A stretch of DNA of 57,719 nucleotides, the filler included, from Sphacelaria rigidula (Eukaryota): the NCBI GenBank assembly GCA_964200075.2. It is 4 parts of 4 records of this genome, joined end to end, with 100 filler letters (N's around TTAATTAATTAA, not from the genome) between each part and the next. Parts side by side here need not be neighbours in the genome. Positions count along the whole stretch, not along the records: positions 28,913 to 43,266 come from CAXNAA020002298.1; positions 43,367 to 57,719 come from CAXNAA020002299.1; 2 more parts are not named here. One strand, 5' to 3'. Position numbers and translations under genes: made by a program. How positions within the stretch are numbered: position 1 is the first letter of the stretch; every line of letters begins with the position of its first letter. The notes beneath the pieces are model-generated. The model saw only the letters and a list, made by a program, of their open reading frames with translations, did no database searches and was not told where the DNA came from. Shown here one piece after another: positions 36,640-49,701 of the stretch.

Positions 36640-38260
36640 CGCACAGCAGAGCTTGCACACCATTTTTGAAATCACTCACCCAAACCAGAGCAGGCATATA
36701 GGCGTAGCACGCACACCCACAACACAGCTCACATGCACACATCCACTGACGAATCACCACTAGCTAGCCGCGAAAGCAACAGCAGCAGCAGTACCGTAGT
36801 ACGGAGACCGCTGTTGAACTCATCTCACACGCTTCACGCGCCTAGCAGGCAACTGAACCATCACGTACTCTTGTGTGTTTGGATCAATCGATGTGTGTTC
36901 GGATCAAATGTTTGCAGTGAAGATATATTTTATACTCGGGGTGTGTTCGCCGTTGTCTCACTGTCCTTCGTCGCGTTCATTGTGTTGGTGTGTTGGTGGT
37001 CGGGGACAACAAGAGCAGTCTTGAAAACCCATAATAATGGCGACATCAGCAAACCATCTGCTGTTGTCCTGATCGTAAAAGTTACTTGTGCTCACAGCAC
37101 GGCTTTCAGAGCAGTAAATGCCACCGTCCCGCACAGTATTGTCTGTATAGCGTGGAGTATTGTCTACTACTACTTACTGTCCGCGGTTGTGGGCAATGCT
37201 TCGCGGTATTCTCTTTCTTCAATACTAGACACAAATGATCCAAGCACACAACAACCGATCCAAACAAACGGCAAATCGAATATGTACCGGGATATAATCT
37301 GCTATATTAAAATAGCCGGCGAAGCCCGCATCACGAGCCAAACCTCCCACACGAAGAGGAGGGTAACCCAAAGTGATTTGACAGAAGCGCGATTATGGTC
37401 GAGTGTTCAAACTCGGCACTGGTCCAAAATTGAAGACCTGTCCACGATCAGACGGTAGACTAAAACAGGGGACACGTCCTGTTTCACTACTGTACCGCAG
37501 CAAAAACACTCAAGCCTTCCCTCATGTGTTGGAGCTTCCACTGTCTGTTGTGTTGTAGTGTGTTCACGCATTGCGAAGACGGTTTGGATTGCATGAGCTG
37601 CGATATAGTCGTTGTGTTCGTCTCCCCAGAAAACAACGTTAGTCGGCACGCAGTGCTGGCTGCACACTGTTGAAAGCTTCATGGGTGAGTTGACTGTTTC
37701 GTCTTCGGTAAGACGAACAACGCGCTGTCCGTTGCTGCGACACCCCTGCTGGTGCCGTGCCTTGGGCGCCTGTACTGTACCGTACTGTCGTATTGTGTTC
37801 GGTGTACAATACTGTACTATCCATGATGGTGTATTTGTCTGAAAAGCGCTACAAGTTAGACCGCACAACAGTTGGTTTTAGAGTACTCCCCTGGTGATTC
37901 CCAAGCGAAATGGAGCGATATGATTGGTAAGTTACCGGGCGATCGGTCCCGCTCCAAATGCAGTCTGCCAAACAAGGCAAATCGAAGATACAAACAAGAG
38001 TACGTGATGGTTCAGTTGCCTCGCGTGAAGCGTGTGCGATAAGTTCAACGGCAGTTTCCGTACTACAGTACTGCTGCTGCTGTTGCTTTTGCGGCTAGCT
38101 AGTGGTGGCTAGTCAGTACATATGTGCATGTGAGTTGTGTTGTGGGTGTGCGTGCTGCGGCATGCCCTATGTGCCTGCTCTAGTTTGGGTGGGTGCGTTA
38201 AATAATCGTGTGCCGGCTCTGTTGTGCACGGGCGGATTCGAAAATGGTGTTGGTAGGACC
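36640..38260. mobile_element. Putative non-autonomous element with ~240-bp inverted arms (Mutator/foldback-like)
   Basis: 36640-36885 is mirrored by 37990-38260, and a further direct copy of the arm lies at 36250-36460. No TSD identified. Confidence 0.6.
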
Positions 38261-38350
38261 GGTGGGTCTGCACAAATTCGATGTGGGACTGGTTCTAGAC
38301 TGCTGGTATTTTTTTTTTGTTTGGCCAGCGCTGGCGTAAATACGGCGGGT

Positions 38351-38625
38351 GAGTCCGTTGGGCAATGTTTTTCGGTTAGCTGTGAGCAAACCAGGTCAAT
38401 TCTCCGAATTTCTGGGCGTTGACTTTCGATACATCACCGTTACGCTGAAATCGGGACACTCCCGCATCTCCTCCGCATGTCCCCCGATTTTTCTAAAAAA
38501 TCGGGGGAGATGCGGGAGTGTCCGGATTTGGGCACAAATGTGAAAAACCAGCAGTCAACGTTAATAGAATCGGAGAAATGTTCTGGTTTGCTCACAGCTA
38601 GCCAAAAAATATCGTTCAACGGACC
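38351..38625. repeat. Palindromic MITE-like element
   Basis: Centre cccccgatttttctaaaaaatcggggg; arms tagctgtgagcaaaccag / ctggtttgctcacagcta and ggacactcccgcatctcc / ggagatgcgggagtgtcc. Confidence 0.8.
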
Positions 38626-39127
38626 CCAGTCCGTTGGGCAAAGTTTTTCATACTGCTTTACAGGGCTTTTACCCAAATGCACGCGCACCGCGAGTGTTGT
38701 AGGTCATTCGATGCACCCATGAGCACATTTTTTCGTGGAATCGACCCCCCCCCTCCCCCCGCCCTATCGTAGCATGGCTCCTCGTATATATGTATATGTA
38801 TATATAACTTGCACATAGTGATCGGTGGGTCTGTATCTGGTCGAGAGCGCCATTCTTGTTGGGTATTACGAGCATAATCAAGCATAAATTCCACTTCACG
38901 AGCATTATTTTTGGTGATATTAGAGACTCCCGGAAAACCCTTTTTTGTCATTTCAGAGTGCGCATATCTCAGAATCAGAGTGCAACGGAAACTTATTTCC
39001 CCCTCCGTCAAATGTGGTATCCTCTTGACTTCTTTCCGGTGAGTTACTTTTGATTATTCTGCACTCTACTCCGGAGATATTTGCACTCTGAAATGAAAAA
39101 AAAAACTTCTTAGCATAACAAGTAGAA

Positions 39128-39350
39128 GCCTATTTGTAAGATAGGAGTCAACTGCTGCTTCGTGCCTTTCGAGCGCATGTTTTAAATCCCAAACGGTTGT
39201 TTCATACCTCGTTGCATTCTTCTCCGCGCGCCGCTAATTACAATTTTGAGTTGAAGCCTTCAAGGAACGTAAATGCGGTGGGCCTATGAGATCGGCAAGA
39301 AAAATCGACCGCAATTTTTCGATCGAAAAAAAAAGTGCCAAGACACGCCC
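39128..39350. mobile_element. ~220-bp MITE-like repeat (inverted copy at ~46078-46300)
   Basis: ttttgagttgaagccttcaaggaac.taaatgcggtgg.cctatgagatcggc is the reverse complement of the 46135-46190 region. The terminus GGGCGTGTCTT is shared with the 45890-47335 cluster. Confidence 0.75.
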
Positions 39351-39597
39351 TCAGAGCCCCAAAGAGTCGATGGATCAAAGGTGCTTGGCCCTAAAGAGGT
39401 AGAAGAGCTAAGAAAGGTGCAACAAGGGCCTTCTGCAGATGGCCTTCTGCAATTCTGCGGTTCTATTCTGACCGACCGGATGGATCCTTCGTTTCTGCCT
39501 GGCCGGGTAGATTTTTCACTAAATCGCACTTCCTGAATCCAACCACCCTGGGATTGATTCGGCTACGTAGCTCTCTTTCATCGTTCAACTCTCCCAA

Positions 39598-41033
39598 ATG
39601 TCAACTAACCTTCACCAGGTGACGCTGGCGGAAGCGCGCGACTTCGTCATGTCAGACGGCGGTGTAACCGGAAGCGGCGATCAAATAGGCGACGGGGCGA
39701 GCGTGTTCGAAGCCATTTGCCAAAGACGCAAGCGTCACGTGCCAGCGAACTGGCCAGACACGCGCCAGCAGCCTCCAACTGGTGTTGCTTACGGGAGAAT
39801 CTGTAGGGATCTCGTGGAGGCGCCACGTTGCTTGCTCCGTAGACGACCACAGCCTGCGGACGATAACGCCCTAGCAATCTGCGGCTTTGCATGATCCAGC
39901 TATCTTCATGGTTCCTCACACGGAAATACAGTAGTGGGCGGTCTAACTATTCAGCGGTGTTTTGGGGTTTTCCTTGCGTACTACTGTTCGATGGAACTCG
40001 AAATTGCTAGCGTCGGTAGATTTTGCTACAGTGAATAGATCATCCTCGAAACACGGTGCCCGCGTCAGTGCTAGTTGGTGTTATCAGGCGAAACGAGTAA
40101 ATACTCATTTATCAGGAGGTTGTTTTTGATCGTGAAACACAGTTTTTTCGGCTCTTGTGCAATGAGTAGGCAGAATTTCAAAAAAATGAAACTGTACATT
40201 TTTTTAGAAATATGATTGAGACAGGCTCCATCGACCGAAAATACCAAAGAGTAAGAATCTGGGCTGAAACGTCGCAGGACTTCCGATGACCGGTCAGCCT
40301 GTAAGTCATCCAATATTGAGTACAGATGATTTTTTTTCTTGGAATGTGGAGTGGATACAAATATCTTCAGATCCACAATGTGATAAGCGGTGGCAAGCGA
40401 AAAGAGCCCAAGAAAATCGCCAATTACGAAGAAATCACAAAATGCCTCAAAATGAATAGTTAGACCGCCCACTACTGTAGTAGAATTCTGCAGGCCGCCG
40501 TGGTTGATTTGTCTTTGGGAAGTACTTGTCTTGACTTTTCTTACCCCGGGGCAGGAGTTTGTCCTTCATGCCGGATCATCCCATCGGTTATGTGTTTTAG
40601 GAATTTCCTGCCTTTCTCGGCTATCGACGCCCCCGACCACCTATTTATTTCGTCGAGTGCTGCTGCCGTCGACGCAGTCATTGGCGTTCCGCCCGACGCG
40701 TCCGAGACTCTCTCTTTAAGCGTAGAGTACTCCTTGATCTCGGTTGTGTAACTCATCTGGGTGGGCGCCAACTACGTCACGCAGTTCCGTTTGCAGGGGA
40801 AATGGCTCAAGTACAATTGCACTACTGGGGATGGCACTAGCGCGTTTGCCTCGTTCGATACCCACCGGCATTCCGGGAGACACGTGTTGTACGTGTACGT
40901 CAAGACGGATCTACAAGTAGTGGCCAGGGATAAATCGGGAGAACCTAGCGGGAACTTGCCGAGCGACGACTCCGGTCTCAGCTCCGCCTTCCTGCGCACC
41001 CTTGCGCACGTGGAAGGACGCCATTCGGACTAG
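39598..41033 (+). pseudogene. Degenerate reading frame with USP/peptidase C19-like motifs, interrupted by a MITE
   Basis: ORFs at 39598, 40500 and 40761 fall into one frame once the 549-bp MITE plus one TA is removed; two in-frame stops remain. Motifs: CPSC...APDHLFI, EYSLISVV*...GANYVTQFR..GKWLKYN...VLYVYVK. Confidence 0.45.
39929..40477. mobile_element. Tc1/mariner-type MITE, 549 bp
   Basis: Perfect 25-bp TIRs CAGTAGTGGGCGGTCTAACTATTCA (39929-39953, 40453-40477) with a TA duplication on both sides. Confidence 0.92.
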
Positions 41034-42417
41034 AACGATAATGTCTGGAATTTGCGTGGTGCGATGCGCGAAAGAATTGTCATCGTCAATCTATGGCCCT
41101 TACTCTCTTTTCGTCTCTTCTTCTGCTTGTATGCCGTTCTTGCTTTTTTTCACTGAAGGCAACTGTCTCTTCTATCCCTTTTCCATTCCATTCATTCCAT
41201 TCCAATGTGAGAAAGAATGGGAAAATTGGAAGTGTGATGCGAAGCAGAGCGATCTTTAGTATGGGCAGACAGTTACTAAATACATGCCCACAGTCGCTAG
41301 CAGATGTAAGGCAGTGCATATACTAAAATCGCTTTCGACGCCTTGGCTTCTGCACTGAAGCCCTGACACAAAGCAGCCGGCAGTTTTGTCTTTATTCCAT
41401 GAGCTCTCCCTTTGTAATTCGACACTTGGAAGGGTACTCGCCGTTGAAAGGCGAAATTGCTCTTTGTGCACAGCCGCACTGAACAAATCAGCGCCTGGTG
41501 GCACGCAAACAAACTGCATGCCGTCACAACTTGCGTGCGGCACGAAAAAACATATGCGCACCGATTTTTATGGAATTTGCCATCTTCGACCTCGAAAGAC
41601 GCTACTGATCTTCAACCGCAAAGTGCCGATCGCGCAACGCTTAGATCCCGGCAACGTAGCGGGGGATTGGACTGCGGTTTCTCGCGTGCGCTTCCCACAC
41701 ACCCAAGCTAGGTCGCCTAGTTACTTTTTCGCGTTTGCACGTGATACTGACTCGCAAATAACCCAAATATACAAAAATAATATGTTTTCCGCTCTGTAGG
41801 GGGGTTTCTAGTCCACTGCTGCTGCGACTTGACCTAAAACAAAACAGTTTCCCTAGATCTTGTGTGTATGCGGGGGGCTATCAAGTGCCGTGGGCCGGCT
41901 TGCTTCCTGTGTCGAGAACCGGGCGATTTCCAGCGCTACAGCTTTCCCATACTAGACCAAGTTAGTAAGTGATGAAGCATGTGTTGTGCTCGTGAGGGCC
42001 TTGGCACAGGTCCGATCACCTGCTGACGTGTTCATTATTCCTCCGCGTTATTTTTCATAAGGACCTCCATTCCAACCCATAACAGTGCAGTACAGTATTC
42101 AGTACATTACAGTCCAATGCAGAACACCACGGTACACATTGTGGTATGGTGCAGCGGTGCATACAGCGCAAACGGTACTTCAAGACGGAGAAAAGAAAGC
42201 CGCATGGCAAACGATTCTGGACCATGTCGTCCACGACGATGGTGAAAGGCGCCATGAAGTGTAACGGAACAACAATGCAGCATTGCTGCTACGCAGTGCG
42301 AGTACACTGCGAATCGTTCACACCGTATTTAACTAAACGTACATGCACGAGCTTTTCAATTCCGCCCGAAACAACAAAGCGAATAGTGATATCATGGCGG
42401 TCGTCTACTGTACGTCT

Positions 42418-43045
42418 GGTAGCTCATCCAGGGCAAAAACACGTAGCCTGCGTAGCTCATGTAGCTCTCATAGCTCAACCACGGCCAACATGAGTTGATA
42501 AGCTACGAATTAGTAGCTTACCTGGGGCAAACATGCGTAGCTCATGTGGCTCTCACAGTTCACCCAGGGCAGACATGCGTAGCTCATGTAGCTCTCATAG
42601 GTAAGCAGATTGCCATGCGAAAAAACAACTAGCTCGAGCTACAGGGAGCTGATCTGTCTGGCGTGTGCAAAATTGCACACGTCGGACAGCTCATGAGTTA
42701 GCACATCTGCGAGCTGTAGCTCACTTGCAATCAAACATGTATATGCGAGCTACGTCCGATAGCTCAGCCAAGCTGAACGTGCGCTGATGAGCTACGGGTC
42801 GGTAGCTCACCCAAGACAAACATGCGTAGCTTATGTAGCTCTCATAGCTCACCCAGGGCGAATTTGAGCTGGTGAACTATGGGTAGCTCACCTAGGCCAA
42901 ACATGCGTAGCTCATGCAGCTCTCATAGCTCACCCAGGGCGAATATGTGCTGATGAGCTACGGGTTGGTAGCTCACCTAGGCCCAACATGCGTAGCTCAT
43001 GTAGCTCTTGTAGCTCACCCCGGCAACAAATGCTCATAGCTCACT
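42418..43045. repeat. GTAGCTCA-rich tandem array (~40-bp subunits, ~83-bp higher-order unit)
   Basis: Recurrent gtagctcacc.agg.caaacatgcgtagctcatgtagctctcatagctcacc. Related blocks at 33728-33915 and, more diverged, ~22610-22850. Confidence 0.85.
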
Positions 43046-43266
43046 CACGTCATGTGCTTAGCTAACCCGGTGCCGCTAGTGATATTACATAGATTGCTCT
43101 GCTTCGCATCGCGCCACCAATTTTCCCATCCTTTCTTACATTGGAATGCAATAGAAAAGAGACAGAACAAACAGACGCCCTCAGTGTTGTTCCTTTTCGA
43201 TTATATGAAAGCTTTAATCACCGTGAGGTGTACGTTCTACTAGTTGAAGTAATGTTCCGCAGTTTC

Positions 43267-43366
43267 NNNNNNNNNNNNNNNNNNNNNNNNNNNNNNNNNN
43301 NNNNNNNNNNTTAATTAATTAANNNNNNNNNNNNNNNNNNNNNNNNNNNNNNNNNNNNNNNNNNNN
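43267..43366. other. Artificial contig linker N44-TTAATTAATTAA-N44
   Basis: Identical 100-nt linker. Confidence 0.98.
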
Positions 43367-45889
43367 AGTCGACTCATGATGCTAAAACCAAGTAATTTCC
43401 AGACGAATCATTATTTGTCCGGCCCTTGAAATAATCAAACAATAATCAACACAATGCATTTTGTTTTCGAGCTGGCAGTGGGAAGTCACGCACAGACAAA
43501 AGGAAGTCGACCATGCGACGAGTAGTGAGAGATGAGAGAGAGTGCGGCATCATGTTACTGTTGTACTATTAATACTGTACTCTGCATTGGTTGTGCTAGC
43601 CCCGATTGGAAGTGTGTCCCAAGTCACCGCGGTCGGGGCGGTGGTCATGCGGCACTGACTAGCCGCACGTGTTTTTCGCACTATCCCAGGGTGCGCATGA
43701 CTTTTGATGGTGCACCCGGGTGTACATATAATTTTCCGCACGAAGTACTAGTTTTGATATCGACGGACTGATCAACCGCCTCGACCGCGGGTCTGGACGT
43801 ACATGTTGCACTCTCTCGTAGAACTAATGGTACCGACTGCAACAGAGGTGTTCTGTTCAACGCACCCACGGATATCGGGCAGCCAAGCCAAAACAATTTT
43901 CAGTCGGCTGGTCGGCTGTTCGATTAATCAGACATGCTGCTACGCACTGGCGTACCCAAAATATACGCTGTTGTATCAAGCTACATGCGTAAAAAACGCC
44001 AGATCTCCCAAAATTCGCTTGCAAACAGTAGCAGCAAAGCTTCGCATTTTTTCTCGAATCGTATCGTAGTGCCTATTCTTCGTTTCTCTCGGAATCTTTG
44101 CTGTGGAACCCCGCTACAGGCTGGTTCACGCGTATCAACCTAAAAACACCACCGGGCAGAACTTCACGCCGTTTCTAGGAGTTGGGCCCTGAGATTTTGC
44201 ACATTTTTGCTATGGGTCGTTGTTGTGCAGCTTTCGAAAGGCGATATTTTTTGGTACTTCTTGATTTTTTACCGTTTTTCGGGGGTCCCAAGTTTTGGGA
44301 GGAAACTTGGATCCCGTTGGACCCCCGAAGAACGATTCAAAGTCGAAAGTAAAAATTACCTCGTCCATCAAAAGTTGCGTAATGATCCATCGCACATTTG
44401 TGCAAAGTTTCAGGGATGAACTCCTATAAACGGCGTTAATTGTTGCGCGTTTGTGCGAGAACGTGAACTTGAAACGTGTAAACTCCCAACTACTTGGTGT
44501 TAGTCTCAAAACGCCTTTTTTGGGTACATATTGAACGTTAAACCGAGAAAGACGATATGAGGTCTTCGAGTTTATTAACCAATTTTTTTTCATGAGTTCC
44601 TAGGACTACCCCTGGACGCATCATTTTTTTTTCTTGTGGGGCATATTGTACCGCCTCTAGGGGGTCTTCACATTGGGGCCGTCGGCAGCCGGTAGATGAC
44701 GAGAAAACTTTGAAATACCGTCAAGAGTCTGATTTTTCGATTTGAACCATCAATACCTACCGAAGGGCCAAATTTGAGGGCGCTCTGAGCTTCTCTACGA
44801 CCGGTATAAGGGAGATCGTAACGAGGCTCCCTGAGTCTTTCGTGCGTGTCATCAGTGGGAATTAGACGACGCCAAACCCCCACATGACCGAAACACCACG
44901 GTTTCGGGTATGATTCGATCCCGTTGTAACCGTTTTCATATCTGTTTGCCCGTTACATTCCCGAGCTGATGACGATTGCTACGATTTTCAAGCATATGGA
45001 GTTTGGGTGAACGTTGAGCTTGGAATTCGTATTTTCGATCTCAGAATAATTTGAAGGGCGCTGATTGGTCGAGGTACCTTTTCGCCCTTAGCGCCACCAC
45101 CATGGCCTTGAACACAGGTCCGGTTATTTCACGCTCTTCAGCTGTCCATGGCGGTAAGTATAATATCATGTATGTCACTATTGGGTAGGTATTGCGAAGG
45201 CATTTTTGCTGATGACACAATTTTGGGTGATGAGCTTGAACCAGCCTGTATTGCCTGGGGCACGCCTGATGCCAAGTATCGCCCGGTTTGCCCAAGGGAA
45301 AACGCCTCCTGGTCGACTAACCGCTTTGAAAAACCTATACATGGTAGGGCTAAATGCTAGCGAAGTCTTTTGAATGCAGTAGCTCCATTAAGTATTTGTG
45401 AAGCTACATTCAAACGAAACTCTCCCACTACAGCCGCTGTCAGAAGGGGGAAGGCATAAAAATAAAATTCACAACGTCGAAGCACGGCCGATACGATGAC
45501 ACTGGCGAGTTAACTTGGAACACTGTTGTTCAAGTCCGGCACCAAGTCATCACCGTGTTTCCTTGCTTCACTTCCACGTGTGACTGCGTCCGCCGTCAGT
45601 AGATCGCCATACGCTACAAATGAACATCAGCTCAAGCGCCGACACTTCACCCCTCGCTTCAATAGTGTTTACACGAACAACGTCGAAACGAAACCCCAGC
45701 CGCAAGTTCTGTTGAGCGATATTTTACAGGTTTCCACGGGGAATAATTTATTCCACACCCGTCCGTGGTTGCTCTGGTGCTGTACGCTGTCAAACGAAGA
45801 TTTCTGTGGCGAGACGACCCGCAAACCTGCTCCGAGTACTCGTACACAAACAACAACAGTGTTGTAGTAGTCTGAACAGTTATTTTGTT

Positions 45890-47335
45890 AGGGCGTGTCT
45901 TGGGCCTGTCTCAGCACATCATTTTTCTATCGAAATTGTGCGGTGGAAAGCAAAAATCCTGATCTGATAGATCGTACTTTCAACCATCGTTAATTTTGAA
46001 GATGGTTGAAATCATTACCTATCAGATCGTGGTTTTTGTTTTCCACCGCACTTTTTAGATCGAAAGATCATGTGCGGAGGGCCTGTTTTAGTACCTCTTT
46101 TTTTCGATCGAAAAAGTGCGGTCGATTTTTTTTTGGCCGATCTCATAGGTCCACCGCATTTATGTTCCTTGAAGGCTTCAACTCAAAATTCTAATTAGCA
46201 GCGCGCGGAGAAAAATGCAACGAGGGAAAAAACAATCGTTTTCGATTGAAAACATGCGGTCGAAAGGCACGAACGGCACTTGACTACTATCTTACAGACC
46301 ACCACGCCAAATAACACCTTTTCACAGGACCATGCAAACTCCATCCAACTCATTCTCAGTTACCGCTGCAACCCTGCAGCATAGGGTACGATTTGAGGAC
46401 AGGGATAGATACACTACAGAAGGTGGGTGTGCTTTGTGTAGTTTTTGTTGGCGAAAACTTGTGCATCTCCTCTCATGGTGGGCATCAGGGACGGAACTGC
46501 GTGGTACGGTGGGCAACAGAGTTGCGTGCACGCTCATGGACAGTGCAGCCAGTACAAAGCAGCGCGTTGCTGAAGTTATTTTCACGTCGCATTGTAAGAG
46601 AGAACTGATAGTCCTGGGCTGTCTGCACTGCACGTTGTCCGCTTCCCCTTAATCTTCTCCTGCACGAAACACACACACACGCACTCAAGACACCCTACTT
46701 GCAAGTAGTGCAAGCAGTGCAAGCAGTACACACTGCCTGTACTGTACACGAGTGGCACGAGTGGCCATGTACCGTTTCACGAATTTCACTCTCTTTTTTC
46801 GATCGAACGCTTGAAAATCCATCCGGACCCAACAGCATCAAAACGAGAAATTTTCGCTCAGATAGATTCCACTGCCTCATTTTTTCGATCGAGAAGAAAA
46901 GTGGTAAGACAGGCCCCTACAGTAGCACATTAGTTTTCGATGAAAAACGTGCTGAGGAAAGCAAAAATCCCGATCTGATAGATCGTAGTTTCAACCATTG
47001 TCATTAATTTTGGAGATGGTTGGAATCACGACCCATCAGATCGGGATTTTTGTTTTCAACCGTACAATTTCGATCGAAAACTGATATGCTAAGGGCGGAA
47101 TCACGACCCATCAGATCGGGATTTTTGTTTTCAACCGCACAATTTCGATCGAAAACTAATATGCTAAGGGCCTGTCTTACCACATTACTTTTCGATCGAA
47201 ACTGTGCGGTGGAAAGCAAAAATCACGATATGAGGTCGTAATTTCAACCATCGTCCTTAATTTTGAAGATGGTTGAAATCATGACCTATCAGATCGGGAT
47301 TTTTACTTTCCACCGCACGATTTCGATCGAAACCT
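45890..47335. repeat. Cluster of ~190-bp palindromic MITEs (GGGCCTGTCT termini, TTTCGATCGAAA motifs)
   Basis: Units at ~45900-46080, ~46910-47165 and ~47167-47335 share aaatcc.gatctgata...ttcaaccat..ttaattttg.agatggttgaaatca..acc.atcagatcgggattttt. Confidence 0.75.
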
Positions 47336-47345
47336 TGTGTGCTGA

Positions 47346-47817
47346 GGCCAATTCTAATGGGAGCCGTTCAAAACTCCTGCTCGAAACTGCCATTTTGGCC
47401 TCTCTCCGTCGTTTTTCGCCTGAAAAGAGAGCTCGGCGGATGATGACGCCTTGGAATGACTTGCTCTCCTCATAGAGCCCGTTCCAGGGCAAATTTGCAA
47501 TTCCCGTTGGCTGCACTTTCATTTTTGGTCCAACACGGATTTTCAACAAGAAATGGTGAAGCGATAAAAAAACAGGGGGAAATTTTCATCACCTGACCGT
47601 TTTTTACTGAAAATCTGTGTTTGGCCTCATTTGGCCAAAAACAATAGTGCGACCAACGGGGAATGGAAAGTTGCCCTAGAACAGTCCCAACGAGTAGACC
47701 AAGTCGTTCCAAGGCGTCAACACCCGCCTAGACCCCTTTTCGGGCGTAAATCGACGGAGAAGGGTCCGAAAGGCAGTTTTCGACACAAAATTTGAACGGC
47801 TCCCATTAGAGTTGGCC
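47346..47817. mobile_element. Long-TIR MITE, same family as 3087-3560
   Basis: GGCCAATTCTAATGGGAGCCGTTCAAA ... TTTGAACGGCTCCCATTAGAGTTGGCC; the internal sequence is colinear with the contig 1 copies. Confidence 0.85.
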
Positions 47818-48433
47818 TCAGAGACGCCCTTACTCGACTTCGATTTCTTACAGGCATTGACGGACCTTCCACACTCGTCTTGCCTACGGTACTGCGCTCA
47901 CAGTCAGTACTGAGCTCTCTCTGTCCGTAGTTAGTGGCAACCCGAGTCGCGTGTCTGCAATCAACAGGTAGTGGTGCGTAGGTGAGTTTTCCTTTCCCTT
48001 GTCGGAGTTGTGATGCCATTCAGGCTGCGATTGATCGTCTTACTGCAGCGAGGTCACACAACTCTTGCTGTACGGTATCCGGGTAATGTCGAAGACGCAA
48101 TGCTGAATGCTGCAGAGCAGCAGTAAAACGGTGACGGGATGCGGAAACCCGAGATTCGATCCAGGGGAATGCATAAATCTCGATCGGGCGTCGAAGATGC
48201 TTGCACTACACATCTCAACAGCAAGCCAGCGGTACATACGAGGTATGTGGCACGCAGCCGGAGCTTCCACGTGAAATCTTACACCTTCGGTTGGTGTGTG
48301 ATGTATCCGACGCAGTTCCATGTGCAAAATTCAAATTTGGGTGTGCGATCATCGCTGCTGTATTGATATGACTACCCGTACGTCGTGCAGTAAGTACAAC
48401 ACACATTACAATACAAAGACAGGAGGACAACGT

Positions 48434-48462
48434 TGCAGTGCAGTGCAGTGCAGTGCAGTGCA
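48434..48462. repeat. (TGCAG)n microsatellite
   Basis: Five full units plus a partial unit. Confidence 0.9.
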
Positions 48463-49701
48463 ACGTGTAGGTGCAGGGCATAGTACCGTCGCTGCTGTAC
48501 GTTTCGAACGCTCACGTGCACTGTAGTACAACCATACAGAATATACCGTATTGCAATAGCAGTCTACGGTCCCATGAACTTCAGCGTTCACCTCTCAAGG
48601 TTGAGCACGCCGATATCTACCACTGTAGGCACCGTATGCGACAGACTGCTGAGCCGCACCAGACATCACTGGACATTCTCGACGACCACTACGCGCACAT
48701 ACCTGATGTCCAGCATCCACCAAATGTTCAGCGAAGATGATGAGAGGCTTTGCGTGGCCATAGCAGGGAAGACAGCAGAGCACGATGTGTAGCTGTGGGC
48801 ACGCCATGGGCAACGAACCCAACCAATGCCTCCGATCCACGATTTGGACGCGGGTGCGGAAAGATTACGTACGATTGATTGATCTGTATGTCACGGCGAA
48901 CGTGTAGCGATTTGTACAATTCCTGTCATACTTTATTCTTGCATTTTAACCTCTAGGTCAGGTTCGAATTCACCTTCCAGCAAGGCTGCTTTCCGTTTGA
49001 TACACGGCCGACATCAAGGCAACAAGGCTGTTTCCAGGAGTTCAGCGCCGCAGGTGGGGCGCTGTTATCAATTTGATCAGTATCTTGGTTATCCTGCACC
49101 GGGATTGCGGAAATTCCTCGGTTTTGCAGTAGCCAGTAGTACGCTTTGGCGCACAGGTCAGTCCAAAGCCATACTCTATGTTTCGTTATGAACGGCGGTA
49201 TTGTACTGTTGTACTTTGCCGTTCTCTAAAACAGTACAGTAATTATGTTGCGCGAACGATCGCGGGATGTTCTGCATTAGACAGTGATGTCCGGGGAAGG
49301 GATAGTCGGGGGATGGGCAAACTGCATCGGCGATGCTTTGTGATGTATGATGTGCGTGTACCTTTGTAGAGAGGCTCCAGTTGGTCTTGTGGTCCAAAGC
49401 ATCGTCGGTGCAGAACTACGCAAAAGAATGAGAACGGTTATACATACCCTGTAGTGCAGTACGAGTACAGTAGTACTTGTGCAGGAGCCGAACGCCGTTG
49501 AACTCGTACCCGTCCACCCTCTATACTGGCCGTTTACCGTTTTGTTTCGAAACTTCCTGTACACAGATATCCTGTTTTGTACGGACAAGAATTCACATTG
49601 AACAGCCGTGCTGCTGATACTGCTGGATCGCAGGGCAGCTCTTTCGTCAAATGAGGTCATATTTCAATTTCTCGAAAACATTCAACCGTGGCAAGATATA
49701 C

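Noticed and set aside
36164-37458. 199-aa and 241-aa ORFs
   Set aside because: They run through repeat arms, have low-complexity composition and show no recognisable domain.
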